Origin: Escherichia coli
GTDB lineage: Bacteria > Pseudomonadota > Gammaproteobacteria > Enterobacterales > Enterobacteriaceae
Assembly (NCBI RefSeq): GCF_013315695.1
Contig: NZ_CP054353.1
Direction: 5' to 3' (one strand)
DNA: 64,000 nucleotides
Shown here: positions 11,819 to 22,689 of the stretch, piece by piece
Position numbering within the stretch: the stretch's first letter is position 1
Layout: the number at the start of each line of letters is the position of its first letter
Program-made: the position numbers and the translations under genes
Notes under the pieces: model-generated
Told to the model about the DNA's origin: nothing
The model's database searches: none
What the model saw: the letters and a program-made list of their open reading frames with translations, nothing else

Positions 11819-12448
11819 TTATGCCCACTCATTTTTTAACGCTTGATGATGCAGCTGCAGCCATTGCAAAGCGATGACCGACGCTGCGTTGTCGATTTTC
11901 CCCTCTTCTACCCACTGGTATGCCTGTTCCCGGCTTACCACATGAACGCGAATATCTTCGTTTTCATCAGCCAGACCGTGAATACCGCTTGCGGTCGTGG
12001 CGTCCACTTCGCCCACCATAATTGACGAACGCTCACTGGTGCCCCCCGGGCTTGCCAGGAAACTTAACACCGGTTTGGTCCGTTTGACTATCAGCCCCGC
12101 CTCTTCAATCGCTTCGCGACGGGCAACATCTTCCACACTTTCCCCCTCTTCAATCATCCCGGCAACCATCTCCAGTAGCCAGGGGGTTTCGCTAGTGTCG
12201 TACGCGGCAATTCGAATCTGCTCAATCAGCACAACTTCATCACGCACTGGGTCAAAGGGTAGCAAGACTGCGGCGTGACCGCGCTCAAAAATTTCCCGCC
12301 GTACCTCATGACTCATTTGCCCGTTGAATAGACGATGACGAAATCTATAAAGATCTAATGAAAAAAAGCCGCGATAAAGTGTTTCTCGTGCAATAATTTC
12401 TACATCGTTTTTGCCAAATGTAACGGGCAGGTTGTCTGGCTTAAGCAT
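11819..12448 (-). CDS. nudF: ADP-ribose pyrophosphatase (Nudix)
   Basis: 209 aa; Nudix box around [22 protein letters not shown]. Confidence 0.9.
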
Positions 12449-12550
12449 TGTTAATGTCCTGGCACTAATAGTGAATTAAATGTGAATTTCAGCGACGTTT
12501 GACTGCCGTTTGAGCAGTCATGTGTTAAATTGAGGCACATTAACGCCCTA

Positions 12551-12572
12551 TGGCACGTAACGCCAACCTTTT
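12551..12572. promoter_or_regulatory. candidate MarA/SoxS/Rob box in the tolC promoter
   Basis: tggcacgtaacgccaaccttttg matches my recollection of the tolC marbox; position about 80 bp upstream of the tolC start. Confidence 0.4.
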
Positions 12573-12652
12573 GCGGTAGCGGCTTCTGCTAGAATCCGCA
12601 ATAATTTTACAGTTTGATCGCGCTAAATACTGCTTCACCACAAGGAATGCAA

Positions 12653-14134
12653 ATGAAGAAATTGCTCCCCATTCTTATCGGCCTGAGCCTTTCTGGGTTC
12701 AGTTCGTTGAGCCAGGCCGAGAACCTGATGCAAGTTTATCAGCAAGCACGCCTTAGTAACCCGGAATTGCGTAAGTCTGCTGCCGATCGTGATGCTGCCT
12801 TTGAAAAAATTAATGAAGCGCGCAGTCCATTACTGCCACAGCTAGGTTTAGGTGCAGATTACACCTACAGCAACGGCTACCGCGACGCGAACGGCATCAA
12901 CTCTAACGCGACCAGTGCGTCCCTGCAGTTAACTCAATCCATTTTTGATATGTCGAAATGGCATGCGTTAACGCTGCAGGAAAAAGCAGCTGGGATTCAG
13001 GACGTCACGTATCAGACCGATCAACAAACCTTGATCCTCAACACCGCGACCGCTTATTTCAACGTGTTGAATGCTATTGACGTTCTTTCCTATACACAGG
13101 CGCAAAAAGAAGCGATCTACCGTCAATTAGATCAAACCACCCAACGTTTTAACGTGGGCCTGGTAGCGATCACTGACGTGCAGAACGCCCGCGCACAGTA
13201 CGATACCGTGCTGGCGAACGAAGTGACCGCACGTAATAACCTTGATAACGCGGTAGAGCAGCTGCGCCAGATCACCGGTAACTACTATCCGGAACTGGCG
13301 GCGCTGAATGTCGAAAACTTTAAAACCGACAAACCACAGCCGGTTAACACGCTGCTGAAAGAAGCCGAAAAACGCAACCTGTCGTTGTTACAGGCGCGCT
13401 TGAGCCAGGACCTGGCGCGCGAGCAAATTCGCCAGGCGCAGGATGGTCACTTACCGACTCTGGATTTAACGGCTTCTACCGGGATTTCTGACACCTCTTA
13501 TAGCGGTTCGAAAACCCGTGGTGCCGCTGGTACCCAGTATGACGATAGCAATATGGGCCAGAACAAAGTTGGCCTGAGCTTCTCGCTGCCGATTTATCAG
13601 GGCGGAATGGTTAACTCGCAGGTGAAACAGGCCCAGTACAACTTTGTTGGTGCCAGCGAGCAACTGGAAAGCGCGCATCGTAGCGTCGTGCAAACCGTAC
13701 GTTCCTCCTTCAACAACATTAATGCTTCTATCAGTAGCATTAACGCCTACAAACAAGCCGTAGTTTCCGCTCAAAGCTCATTAGACGCGATGGAAGCGGG
13801 CTACTCGGTCGGTACGCGTACCATTGTTGATGTGTTGGATGCGACCACCACGCTGTACAACGCTAAGCAAGAGCTGGCAAATGCGCGTTATAACTACCTG
13901 ATTAACCAGTTGAATATTAAGTCAGCTCTGGGTACGTTGAACGAGCAGGATCTGCTGGCACTGAACAATGCGCTGAGCAAACCGGTTTCCACTAATCCGG
14001 AAAACGTTGCCCCGCAAACGCCGGAACAGAATGCTATTGCTGATGGTTATGCGCCTGATAGCCCGGCACCCGTCGTTCAGCAAACATCCGCACGCACTAC
14101 CACCAGTAACGGTCATAACCCTTTCCGTAACTGA
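12653..14134 (+). CDS. tolC: outer-membrane efflux channel TolC
   Basis: ORF 12614..14134; start placed at MKKLLPILIG signal peptide (493 aa). Confidence 0.95.
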   Translation: MKKLLPILIGLSLSGFSSLSQAENLMQVYQQARLSNPELRKSAADRDAAFEKINEARSPLLPQLGLGADYTYSNGYRDANGINSNATSASLQLTQSIFDMSKWHALTLQEKAAGIQDVTYQTDQQTLILNTATAYFNVLNAIDVLSYTQAQKEAIYRQLDQTTQRFNVGLVAITDVQNARAQYDTVLANEVTARNNLDNAVEQLRQITGNYYPELAALNVENFKTDKPQPVNTLLKEAEKRNLSLLQARLSQDLAREQIRQAQDGHLPTLDLTASTGISDTSYSGSKTRGAAGTQYDDSNMGQNKVGLSFSLPIYQGGMVNSQVKQAQYNFVGASEQLESAHRSVVQTVRSSFNNINASISSINAYKQAVVSAQSSLDAMEAGYSVGTRTIVDVLDATTTLYNAKQELANARYNYLINQLNIKSALGTLNEQDLLALNNALSKPVSTNPENVAPQTPEQNAIADGYAPDSPAPVVQQTSARTTTSNGHNPFRN

Positions 14135-14281
14135 TGACGACGACGGGGCTTCGGCCCCGTCTGAACGTAAGGCAACGTAAAGATACGGGTTATCTGCCGC
14201 ATTCTTCCCCCTTCTCGCTTCAATTTCGACCAGCCATCCTCTATTCTGATGGGTATTTACCACTGGTCCCGGAAGACAAAA

Positions 14282-14953
14282 ATGAAACGGACAAAATCCA
14301 TACGCCACGCATCGTTCCGCAAAAACTGGAGCGCACGCCATCTGACACCAGTCGCTCTCGCGGTTGCCACTGTTTTTATGCTGGCGGGCTGTGAAAAGAG
14401 TGATGAAACAGTGTCTCTCTATCAAAATGCTGACGACTGTTCAGCTGCAAACCCAGGCAAAAGCGCCGAATGTACCACTGCGTACAACAATGCGCTGAAA
14501 GAAGCCGAACGTACTGCGCCGAAATACGCCACCCGTGAAGACTGTGTTGCTGAATTTGGTGAAGGTCAGTGCCAGCAGGCACCAGCCCAGGCTGGCATGG
14601 CACCGGAAAACCAGGCGCAGGCCCAGCAATCCAGCGGGAGTTTCTGGATGCCGCTGATGGCCGGTTACATGATGGGGCGTCTGATGGGCGGCGGCGCGGG
14701 ATTTGCACAGCAGCCGCTGTTCTCCTCGAAAAACCCAGCCAGCCCGGCTTACGGTAAATATACCGACGCGACGGGTAAAAACTATGGCGCAGCCCAGCCA
14801 GGCCGCACCATGACCGTACCGAAGACGGCAATGGCACCAAAACCGGCGACCACCACCACCGTTACTCGTGGCGGTTTTGGTGAATCTGTTGCCAAACAAA
14901 GCACTATGCAGCGTAGCGCAACCGGCACCTCTTCTCGTTCAATGGGTGGCTGA
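14282..14953 (+). CDS. ygiB: DUF1190 lipoprotein YgiB
   Basis: ORF 14249..14953; start at MKRTKSIRH with lipobox LAGC. Confidence 0.85.
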
Positions 14954-14958
14954 TACCG

Positions 14959-16119
14959 ATGGAAAGAGTCAGTATTACCGAGCGCCCGGACTGGCGCGAA
15001 AAAGCCCACGAATACGGTTTCAATTTTCACACCATGTACGGCGAGCCGTACTGGTGTGAAGATGCTTACTACAAGTTGACCCTCGCCCAGGTTGAAAAGC
15101 TGGAAGAAGTCACCGCCGAACTGCACCAGATGTGCCTGAAAGTGGTGGAAAAAGTGATCGCCAGCGATGAGCTGATGACCAAATTCCGCATACCAAAACA
15201 CACCTGGAGTTTTGTGCGCCAGTCATGGCTGACGCACCAGCCATCGCTTTATTCGCGTCTTGATCTGGCGTGGGATGGCACTGGCGAACCTAAGCTTCTG
15301 GAAAATAACGCCGATACGCCAACGTCACTATACGAGGCGGCGTTCTTTCAGTGGATCTGGCTGGAAGATCAGCTTAACGCCGGTAACTTGCCGGAGGGCA
15401 GCGACCAGTTTAACAGTTTGCAAGAAAAGCTGATCGATCGCTTCGTTGAGCTGCGTGAACAGTATGGCTTCCAGTTGCTGCATCTCACCTGCTGTCGCGA
15501 CACGGTGGAAGATCGCGGAACCATTCAGTATTTGCAGGACTGCGCGACGGAAGCTGAAATCGCTACCGAGTTCCTCTACATCGACGATATCGGGTTAGGT
15601 GAAAAAGGTCAGTTCACGGATTTACAGGATCAGGTGATTTCCAACCTGTTCAAGCTGTATCCGTGGGAATTTATGTTGCGTGAGATGTTCTCCACCAAGC
15701 TGGAGGATGCAGGCGTACGCTGGCTGGAACCGGCGTGGAAGAGCATTATCTCCAACAAAGCGCTTCTACCGCTACTGTGGGAGATGTTCCCGAATCACCC
15801 GAACCTGCTGCCCGCTTATTTTGCGGAAGATGATCATCCGCAAATGGAAAAATATGTGGTTAAACCGATCTTCTCCCGTGAAGGCGCAAACGTGTCGATC
15901 ATTGAGAACGGCAAAACCATTGAAGCAGCGGAAGGTCCGTATGGCGAAGAAGGGATGATTGTTCAGCAATTCCACCCGTTACCGAAATTCGGCGACAGCT
16001 ATATGCTGATTGGTAGCTGGCTGGTGAACGATCAACCTGCCGGAATTGGCATTCGTGAAGACCGTGCATTGATCACCCAGGATATGTCTCGGTTTTATCC
16101 GCATATTTTTGTTGAGTAA
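14959..16119 (+). CDS. ygiC: glutathionylspermidine-synthetase-like ATP-grasp protein YgiC
   Basis: 386 aa ORF, sequence recognised. Confidence 0.85.
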
Positions 16120-16603
16120 TACAGCTTAATATTGCCCCGATAAGCGGGGCAATCTCTTATAATCCACCATTCATAATTCCCATCAATATATAAACACATA
16201 CATATCCAACCTTTATTTAACATTAATACTCAATTTAATGTTAAATCGTCATATGCAAGCGATATTGTAATTAAAGTAAGTGAATACATCACAACATAAC
16301 TATTTGATATTATTTGAATACTTTACTTTTATCTCACCAGATTTAAATTTAATAATTAAAAAACAATGTTGCAGGGATCACACTACACAGTATTGAACAT
16401 TGTGATTGATATATTGCCCCCCTACTATCCATTAAACATAAATATTTGTTTCACCGAATAACAACATATTTAAAAGAAACACAAAAGCATTCTCACTCTT
16501 TATTGAATTAATATTCATATTCACGTAACGAATTTATTAGAACCCTCTCAACAGTCGATATTCATCATTATTATATATTTGCGTTATATAAGGAGATATA
16601 TCC

Positions 16604-18400
16604 ATGTTTGATAAATATAGAAAAACACTCGTAGCCGGAACTGTGGCGATAACCCTGGGTTTGTCAGCATCGGGGGTGATGGCTGCGGGTTTTAAACCAG
16701 CGCCGCCTGCCGGGCAACTGGGTGCGGTCATTGTCGATCCCTACGGCAATGCACCACTGACCGCTTTGGTTAACTTAGATAGCCATGTTATTTCTGACGT
16801 CAAAGTTACCGTCCATGGGAAGGGCGAAAAAGGCGTAGAAATCAGCTATCCCGTGGGTCAGGAATCACTAAAAACTTACGATGGTGTACCGATTTTTGGT
16901 CTTTATCAGAAATTTGCTAACAAAGTGACCGTTGAGTGGAAAGAAAACGGCAAGGTCATGAAAGATGATTATGTGGTGCACACTTCGGCCATCGTCAACA
17001 ATTACATGGATAACCGCTCCATCTCCGACCTACAGCAAACCAAAGTCGTTAAAGTCGCGCCAGGTTTTGAAGATCGCCTCTATCTGGTTAATACCCACAC
17101 CTTTACCGCCCAAGGTTCCGATCTCCACTGGCATGGTGAGAAAGATAAAAATGCCGGTATCCTTGATGCGGGTCCGGCAACTGGCGCACTCCCTTTTGAT
17201 ATCGCGCCCTTTACTTTCATCGTCGATACCGAAGGTGAATACCGCTGGTGGCTGGATCAAGACACTTTCTACGATGGTCGTGACCGCGATATCAACAAGC
17301 GTGGTTATCTGATGGGTATCCGCGAAACGCCACGCGGCACCTTTACCGCTGTACAAGGTCAGCACTGGTACGAGTTCGACATGATGGGGCAGGTGCTCGA
17401 AGATCACAAACTACCGCGCGGATTTGCTGACGCTACTCATGAATCCATTGAGACGCCAAATGGCACAGTATTGTTGCGCGTAGGTAAGAGCAATTACCGT
17501 CGCGATGACGGCGTACACGTCACCACCATTCGTGACCATATCCTCGAAGTCGATAAATCTGGTCGCGTTGTAGATGTATGGGATCTGACGAAGATCCTCG
17601 ATCCGAAACGCGATGCACTGCTCGGCGCGCTGGATGCAGGTGCAGTTTGCGTTAACGTTGACCTTGCCCATGCAGGACAACAGGCAAAACTGGAACCAGA
17701 TACACCGTTCGGCGACGCTCTGGGTGTAGGGCCAGGCCGTAACTGGGCGCACGTTAATTCCATCGCTTATGACGCAAAAGATGACTCAATTATTCTCTCT
17801 TCTCGTCACCAGGGTGTTGTGAAGATTGGTCGTGATAAGCAAGTGAAATGGATCCTTGCACCCTCTAAAGGTTGGGAAAAACCGCTGGCCAGCAAGCTGC
17901 TGAAACCGGTTGATGCTAACGGTAAGCCAATTACCTGTAACGAAAATGGCCTGTGCGAAAACTCAGACTTCGACTTTACCTACACCCAGCATACCGCCTG
18001 GATTTCCAGCAAAGGAACGCTCACCATTTTTGATAATGGCGATGGTCGTCATCTGGAACAACCTGCCTTACCAACCATGAAATATTCCCGCTTTGTGGAA
18101 TATAAGATTGATGAGAAGAAAGGCACCGTTCAGCAAGTGTGGGAATACGGTAAAGAACGTGGCTACGATTTCTATAGCCCAATCACCTCCATCATTGAAT
18201 ATCAAGCCGACCGTAACACCATGTTTGGCTTCGGTGGTTCTATTCATTTGTTCGATGTCGGGCAGCCAACCGTCGGTAAGTTGAACGAAATCGATTACAA
18301 AACCAAAGAAGTGAAAGTGGAAATCGACGTGCTGTCAGATAAACCCAATCAGACTCACTATCGTGCATTGTTAGTCCGTCCACAACAGATGTTCAAATAA
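16604..18400 (+). CDS. assT: periplasmic arylsulfate sulfotransferase
   Basis: 598 aa, signal peptide, sequence recognised as ASST as described in uropathogenic E. coli. Confidence 0.8.
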   Translation: MFDKYRKTLVAGTVAITLGLSASGVMAAGFKPAPPAGQLGAVIVDPYGNAPLTALVNLDSHVISDVKVTVHGKGEKGVEISYPVGQESLKTYDGVPIFGLYQKFANKVTVEWKENGKVMKDDYVVHTSAIVNNYMDNRSISDLQQTKVVKVAPGFEDRLYLVNTHTFTAQGSDLHWHGEKDKNAGILDAGPATGALPFDIAPFTFIVDTEGEYRWWLDQDTFYDGRDRDINKRGYLMGIRETPRGTFTAVQGQHWYEFDMMGQVLEDHKLPRGFADATHESIETPNGTVLLRVGKSNYRRDDGVHVTTIRDHILEVDKSGRVVDVWDLTKILDPKRDALLGALDAGAVCVNVDLAHAGQQAKLEPDTPFGDALGVGPGRNWAHVNSIAYDAKDDSIILSSRHQGVVKIGRDKQVKWILAPSKGWEKPLASKLLKPVDANGKPITCNENGLCENSDFDFTYTQHTAWISSKGTLTIFDNGDGRHLEQPALPTMKYSRFVEYKIDEKKGTVQQVWEYGKERGYDFYSPITSIIEYQADRNTMFGFGGSIHLFDVGQPTVGKLNEIDYKTKEVKVEIDVLSDKPNQTHYRALLVRPQQMFK

Positions 18401-18417
18401 TTAAGAAGGGAATAAAA

Positions 18418-19086
18418 ATGTCGAAATTAGGGATCTCATCACTATTTAAAAGCATACTGCTTACTGCAGCTTTGGCTGTTTCATTTACCGCCTCTGCATT
18501 TACCGAAGGCACGGATTACATGGTTCTGGAAAAACCTATTCCGAATGCAGACAAAACGCTGATTAAGGTATTCAGCTACGCCTGCCCGTTCTGTTACAAG
18601 TACGACAAAGCGGTTACCGGTCCGGTATCGGAAAAAGTGAAAGATATCGTTGCTTTCACGCCGTTCCATCTGGAAACCAAAGGTGAATACGGCAAACAAG
18701 CAAGCGAAGTCTTTGCGGTCTTGATCAATAAAGATAAAGCAGCAGGCATTTCCTTATTTGATGCTAACTCTCAGTTTAAGAAAGCCAAGTTTGCCTACTA
18801 CGTGGCTTATCACGACAAAAAAGAACGCTGGTCTGACGGTAAAGATCCGGCTGCTTTTATCAAAACCGGTCTGGATGCCGCAGGTATGAGTCAGGCGGAT
18901 TTTGAAGCGGCACTGAAAGAACCAGCGGTTCAAGAAACACTGGAAAAATGGAAAGCCTCTTATGATGTCGCCAAAATCCAGGGGGTTCCAGCCTATGTCG
19001 TTAATGGTAAGTACTTGATCTACACCAAGAGCATCAAATCCATCGACGCGATGGCAGACCTTATCCGTGAGTTAGCAAGCAAATAA
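18418..19086 (+). CDS. dsbL: periplasmic thiol:disulfide oxidoreductase DsbL (DsbA paralogue)
   Basis: 222 aa, signal peptide, CPFC active-site motif. Confidence 0.8.
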
Positions 19087-19100
19087 CAGGGAAACAGGCT

Positions 19101-19772
19101 ATGGGTATTAAGGGAATGTGGAAAGATCTTCGCACATCACCAGTTGACACACTGGTCAGATGGCAGGAGCAACGCTTGTTGTGGTTGTTAATGGCCGTTG
19201 CGATGGGCGCGTTAATTATCCTGGCGCACTCTTTCTTCCAGATCTATCTCTACATGGCACCCTGTGAGCAATGTGTATACATTCGCTACGCCATGTTTGT
19301 GATGGTTATTGGAGGATTGGTTGCAGCGATCAACCCAAAGAACATCATCCTAAAGCTAATTGGCTGCGTGATGGCATTTTACGGCAGCATTTTGGGACTG
19401 AAGTTTTCGCTCAAACTGAACGATATCCACCATGCAGTACATAATCCGGATCCCGATTCACTGTTTGGCGTACAGGGTTGCTCTACCGATCCAACTTTTC
19501 CCTTTAACCTGCCGCTGGCACAGTGGGCACCAAATTGGTTCAAGCCTACCGGGGATTGTGGCTATGACGCACCAATCGTTCCTGATGGCGTCACACTGAG
19601 CAGCACGCAACAGTGGTTTGTGGAAATGTATCAGCAATCTGAAGGCTGGTATCTGCTACCACCATGGCATTTTATGAATATGGCTCAGGCTTGTATGCTG
19701 GCTTTTGGTATGTGTCTGGTGCTGCTGGTCATTATGAGTGGCGCATGGGCGCTTAAAATCATCAGAGGCTAA
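19101..19772 (+). CDS. dsbI: membrane disulfide oxidoreductase DsbI (DsbB paralogue)
   Basis: 223 aa polytopic protein with CxxC (CEQC) and a second Cys pair. Confidence 0.8.
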
Positions 19773-19778
19773 CTCAGC

Positions 19779-19818
19779 AACACCCGAAGCCAGTCATTCT
19801 GGCTTCGGGTTCTTTTAT
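19779..19818. terminator. terminator hairpin between dsbI and convergent ygiD
   Basis: stem acccgaagccag/ctggcttcgggt followed by tcttttatt. Confidence 0.55.
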
Positions 19819-20633
19819 TAACCTATCTGCACCGACAGCATACTTAAACTGCCCATTTCTATACCATCGACCGGAATGGTAATTGGCTCCTGCCCATCCC
19901 ACGCACCTAACACATACAACAACGGCAGATAGTGCTCTGGCGTTGGGTTCGATAACGCGCCACCTTCATGGTCGAGATAATTCACCAGAGGATGTTGTTC
20001 CACCGGCCCTTGCCACGTCAGATTCGCTTTCACATACTCATTAAACGACGTCGCCCACGGATACGGTGAACTATCACCGTGCCACTTCACTGTACGCAGG
20101 TTATGCACCACGTTGCCACTGGCGACCAACATTATCCCTTCATCACGCAGCGCCGCGAGTTTGCGCCCCATTTCGAAATGCCAGGCGGCAGGTTTGCTAC
20201 TGTCGATACTCAACTGCACCATCGGGATATCGGCGTCAGGATACATCTTAATCAGTACGCCCCACGAGCCGTGGTCGAAGCCCCAGGCTTCTTTATCCAG
20301 CGTCACAGGGACCGGCGCTAACAGCTCAACCAGATGCTGTGCCAGCGCAGGTGAACCCGGAGCAGGATAATGCGTATCGTACAGCGCCTGCGGGAAGCCA
20401 CCAAAGTCATGAATCGTGGGCGGCGTCTCCATCGCGGTCACTCCTGTTCCACGGGTAAACCAGTGAGCCGAAACCACCACTATTGCTTGCGGGCGTGGCA
20501 ATGTCATCCCCAACGTCTGCCAGCTGCGGGTATACAAATTATCTTCCAGCACGTTCATCGGACTACCGTGACCTAAAAACAATGCTGGCATACGTGTTGA
20601 AGACATGATGATATCCTTAACTAAAGGTGTCAT
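19818..20633 (-). CDS. ygiD: LigB-family extradiol dioxygenase (DOPA-dioxygenase-like) YgiD
   Basis: 271 aa ORF; true start may be the internal Met at MSSTRMPALF. Confidence 0.85.
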   Translation of the reverse strand: MTPLVKDIIMSSTRMPALFLGHGSPMNVLEDNLYTRSWQTLGMTLPRPQAIVVVSAHWFTRGTGVTAMETPPTIHDFGGFPQALYDTHYPAPGSPALAQHLVELLAPVPVTLDKEAWGFDHGSWGVLIKMYPDADIPMVQLSIDSSKPAAWHFEMGRKLAALRDEGIMLVASGNVVHNLRTVKWHGDSSPYPWATSFNEYVKANLTWQGPVEQHPLVNYLDHEGGALSNPTPEHYLPLLYVLGAWDGQEPITIPVDGIEMGSLSMLSVQIG

Positions 20634-20748
20634 TTTGATATCCTCACAATACGCTTGTTCGGCGGAGTAAGAACCCGGATAACAATGATGATGATCATCA
20701 GTTATTTTGACGATCTGCCTGAAAGTGAAGATTTATAAGGAGTTGTCG

Positions 20749-21522
20749 ATGTCAGTACCTCTCATTCTGACCATACTGGCGGGGGCAGCCACGTTTATTG
20801 GCGCGTTTCTCGGCGTTCTCGGGCAAAAACCCTCGAACCGCTTACTGGCGTTTTCGCTAGGATTTGCGGCGGGGATCATGTTGCTCATCTCATTAATGGA
20901 AATGCTTCCTGCCGCATTAGCCGCCGAAGGAATGTCACCTGTGTTGGGTTATGGAATGTTTATCTTCGGTCTGCTTGGCTATTTTGGCCTGGACCGCATG
21001 TTGCCACATGCGCATCCGCAGGATTTAATGCAAAAATCGGTGCAGCCGTTGCCAAAATCGATCAAGCGCACAGCCATTCTGCTCACTCTCGGCATCAGTC
21101 TGCATAACTTCCCGGAAGGGATTGCCACCTTTGTCACGGCGAGCAGCAACCTGGAGCTGGGCTTTGGCATCGCACTGGCCGTTGCGTTACACAATATTCC
21201 TGAAGGTCTGGCGGTTGCAGGCCCGGTTTACGCGGCAACGGGGTCTAAACGCACCGCGATTCTTTGGGCGGGGATTTCTGGACTGGCAGAAATTCTTGGT
21301 GGTGTGCTGGCGTGGTTAATCCTCGGTAGCATGATTTCCCCGGTGGTCATGGCGGCAATCATGGCGGCGGTTGCAGGAATTATGGTGGCGCTCTCGGTTG
21401 ATGAATTAATGCCGCTCGCCAAAGAGATTGACCCTAATAATAACCCCAGCTATGGCGTACTATGTGGAATGTCAGTGATGGGATTCAGTTTAGTGCTGCT
21501 ACAAACGGCGGGAATTGGTTAA
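20749..21522 (+). CDS. zupT: ZIP-family zinc transporter ZupT
   Basis: ORF 20707..21522; start placed at [12 protein letters not shown] (257 aa). Confidence 0.9.
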
Positions 21523-21579
21523 AAGCAACATCAGAAGTTGTCCAGCGCATGGACAACTTCTGCCAGCTTCACTAAAGCC

Positions 21580-21750
21580 TTATTCTACCTTTTCGGCTGT
21601 CTCTTCTCTCGTACTGTTTAAGTATTTGTTCCGCGCTTCAAGCAGTGCGTCTCTGTCCTGGCGAAACGCCCGACAATAACGTTTCAAATGCAGGAAATAA
21701 CCCACAACAACAAGAGCAATCAATACAATCCAGTACCAGGCGATAAACAT
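21580..21750 (-). CDS. small single-pass membrane protein, hypothetical (about 56 aa)
   Basis: ORF with TAAGGG RBS 7 nt upstream of ATG; one predicted TM helix then charged tail; no homologue recognised. Confidence 0.4.
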   Translation of the reverse strand: MFIAWYWIVLIALVVVGYFLHLKRYCRAFRQDRDALLEARNKYLNSTREETAEKVE

Positions 21751-21940
21751 CCTTTTACCCTTAATATTTAACAATACTAAACATTTAGCGCATAAATTTC
21801 ACATATCCTTTTTCGGATATATTCATATGGTCGCATAATAACGGAACAATTATATGATTTTGATCATAATGAAAAAGAATGCCTGATATTAATGAAATTT
21901 TCTCATAGAAAGAGAAGCGGAATTAACATCTTGCTTAGCA

Positions 21941-21980
21941 GGGAAAAATAAAAACCGAAGCCTGCTACAACTTCGGTTTC
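21941..21980 (-). terminator. rho-independent terminator of ribB
   Basis: stem aaaccgaag/cttcggttt followed by a T-run on the minus strand. Confidence 0.6.
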
Positions 21981-22011
21981 TTGATTAAGGCAGTAAATTA
22001 AGCAGCGGTTT

Positions 22012-22665
22012 TCAGCTGGCTTTACGCTCATGTGCCTGACGGTATGCCACCAGGTCTTCAATAGTCACGAGCGCCATATTGTGTTTATTGGCAAACTCAA
22101 TGCACTCTGGTGCACGCGCCATCGTGCCATCGTCATTAGTCAGCTCACACAGCACACCAGCCGGTTTAAAGCCTGCCAGCGTCATTAGATCAATAGTTGC
22201 TTCAGTATGACCGCCACGCGTCAGTACTCCACCTGCCTGCGCGCGAAGTGGGAAAACGTGGCCCGGGCGATTCAGATCAGAAGGTTTTGCGTCATCGGCA
22301 ATCGCTGCGCGAACGGTCGTAATACGGTCAGCGGCAGAAACACCGGTAGTCACACCTTCAGCCGCTTCAATGGTCACGGTAAAACCGGTGCCATAGGCGC
22401 TGGTGTTATTTTCTACCATCATTGGCAGATCGAGTTGTTTACGGCGATCTTCAGTAATGCACAGGCAAACAATACCGCTACCGTGGCGAATGGTCAGCGC
22501 CATCTGCTCAACGGTCATGGTTTCTGCCGGGAAGATCATATCGCCTTCGTTTTCACGGTCTTCATCATCAAGCACCATTACACCGCGTCCTTCACGCAGC
22601 GCAGCCAGTGCATTTTCAACACGTTCGAAAGGCGTACCAAAAGAGGAAAGTAGCGTCTGATTCAT
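22012..22665 (-). CDS. ribB: 3,4-dihydroxy-2-butanone-4-phosphate synthase
   Basis: 217 aa ORF, sequence recognised. Confidence 0.95.
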   Translation of the reverse strand: MNQTLLSSFGTPFERVENALAALREGRGVMVLDDEDRENEGDMIFPAETMTVEQMALTIRHGSGIVCLCITEDRRKQLDLPMMVENNTSAYGTGFTVTIEAAEGVTTGVSAADRITTVRAAIADDAKPSDLNRPGHVFPLRAQAGGVLTRGGHTEATIDLMTLAGFKPAGVLCELTNDDGTMARAPECIEFANKHNMALVTIEDLVAYRQAHERKAS

Positions 22666-22689
22666 GGTAAAAAAACCTCACTAAAATTA

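Noticed and set aside
12614-12652. 13-codon N-terminal extension of tolC in the ORF track
   Set aside because: The signal peptide starts at the internal MKKLLPILIG; the extension would place the signal peptide internally.
14134-14394. 86 aa ORF (ygiA-like) overlapping the tolC-ygiB junction
   Set aside because: Overlaps the ygiB start and the hairpin region, has no RBS or recognisable features; treated as a spurious frame.
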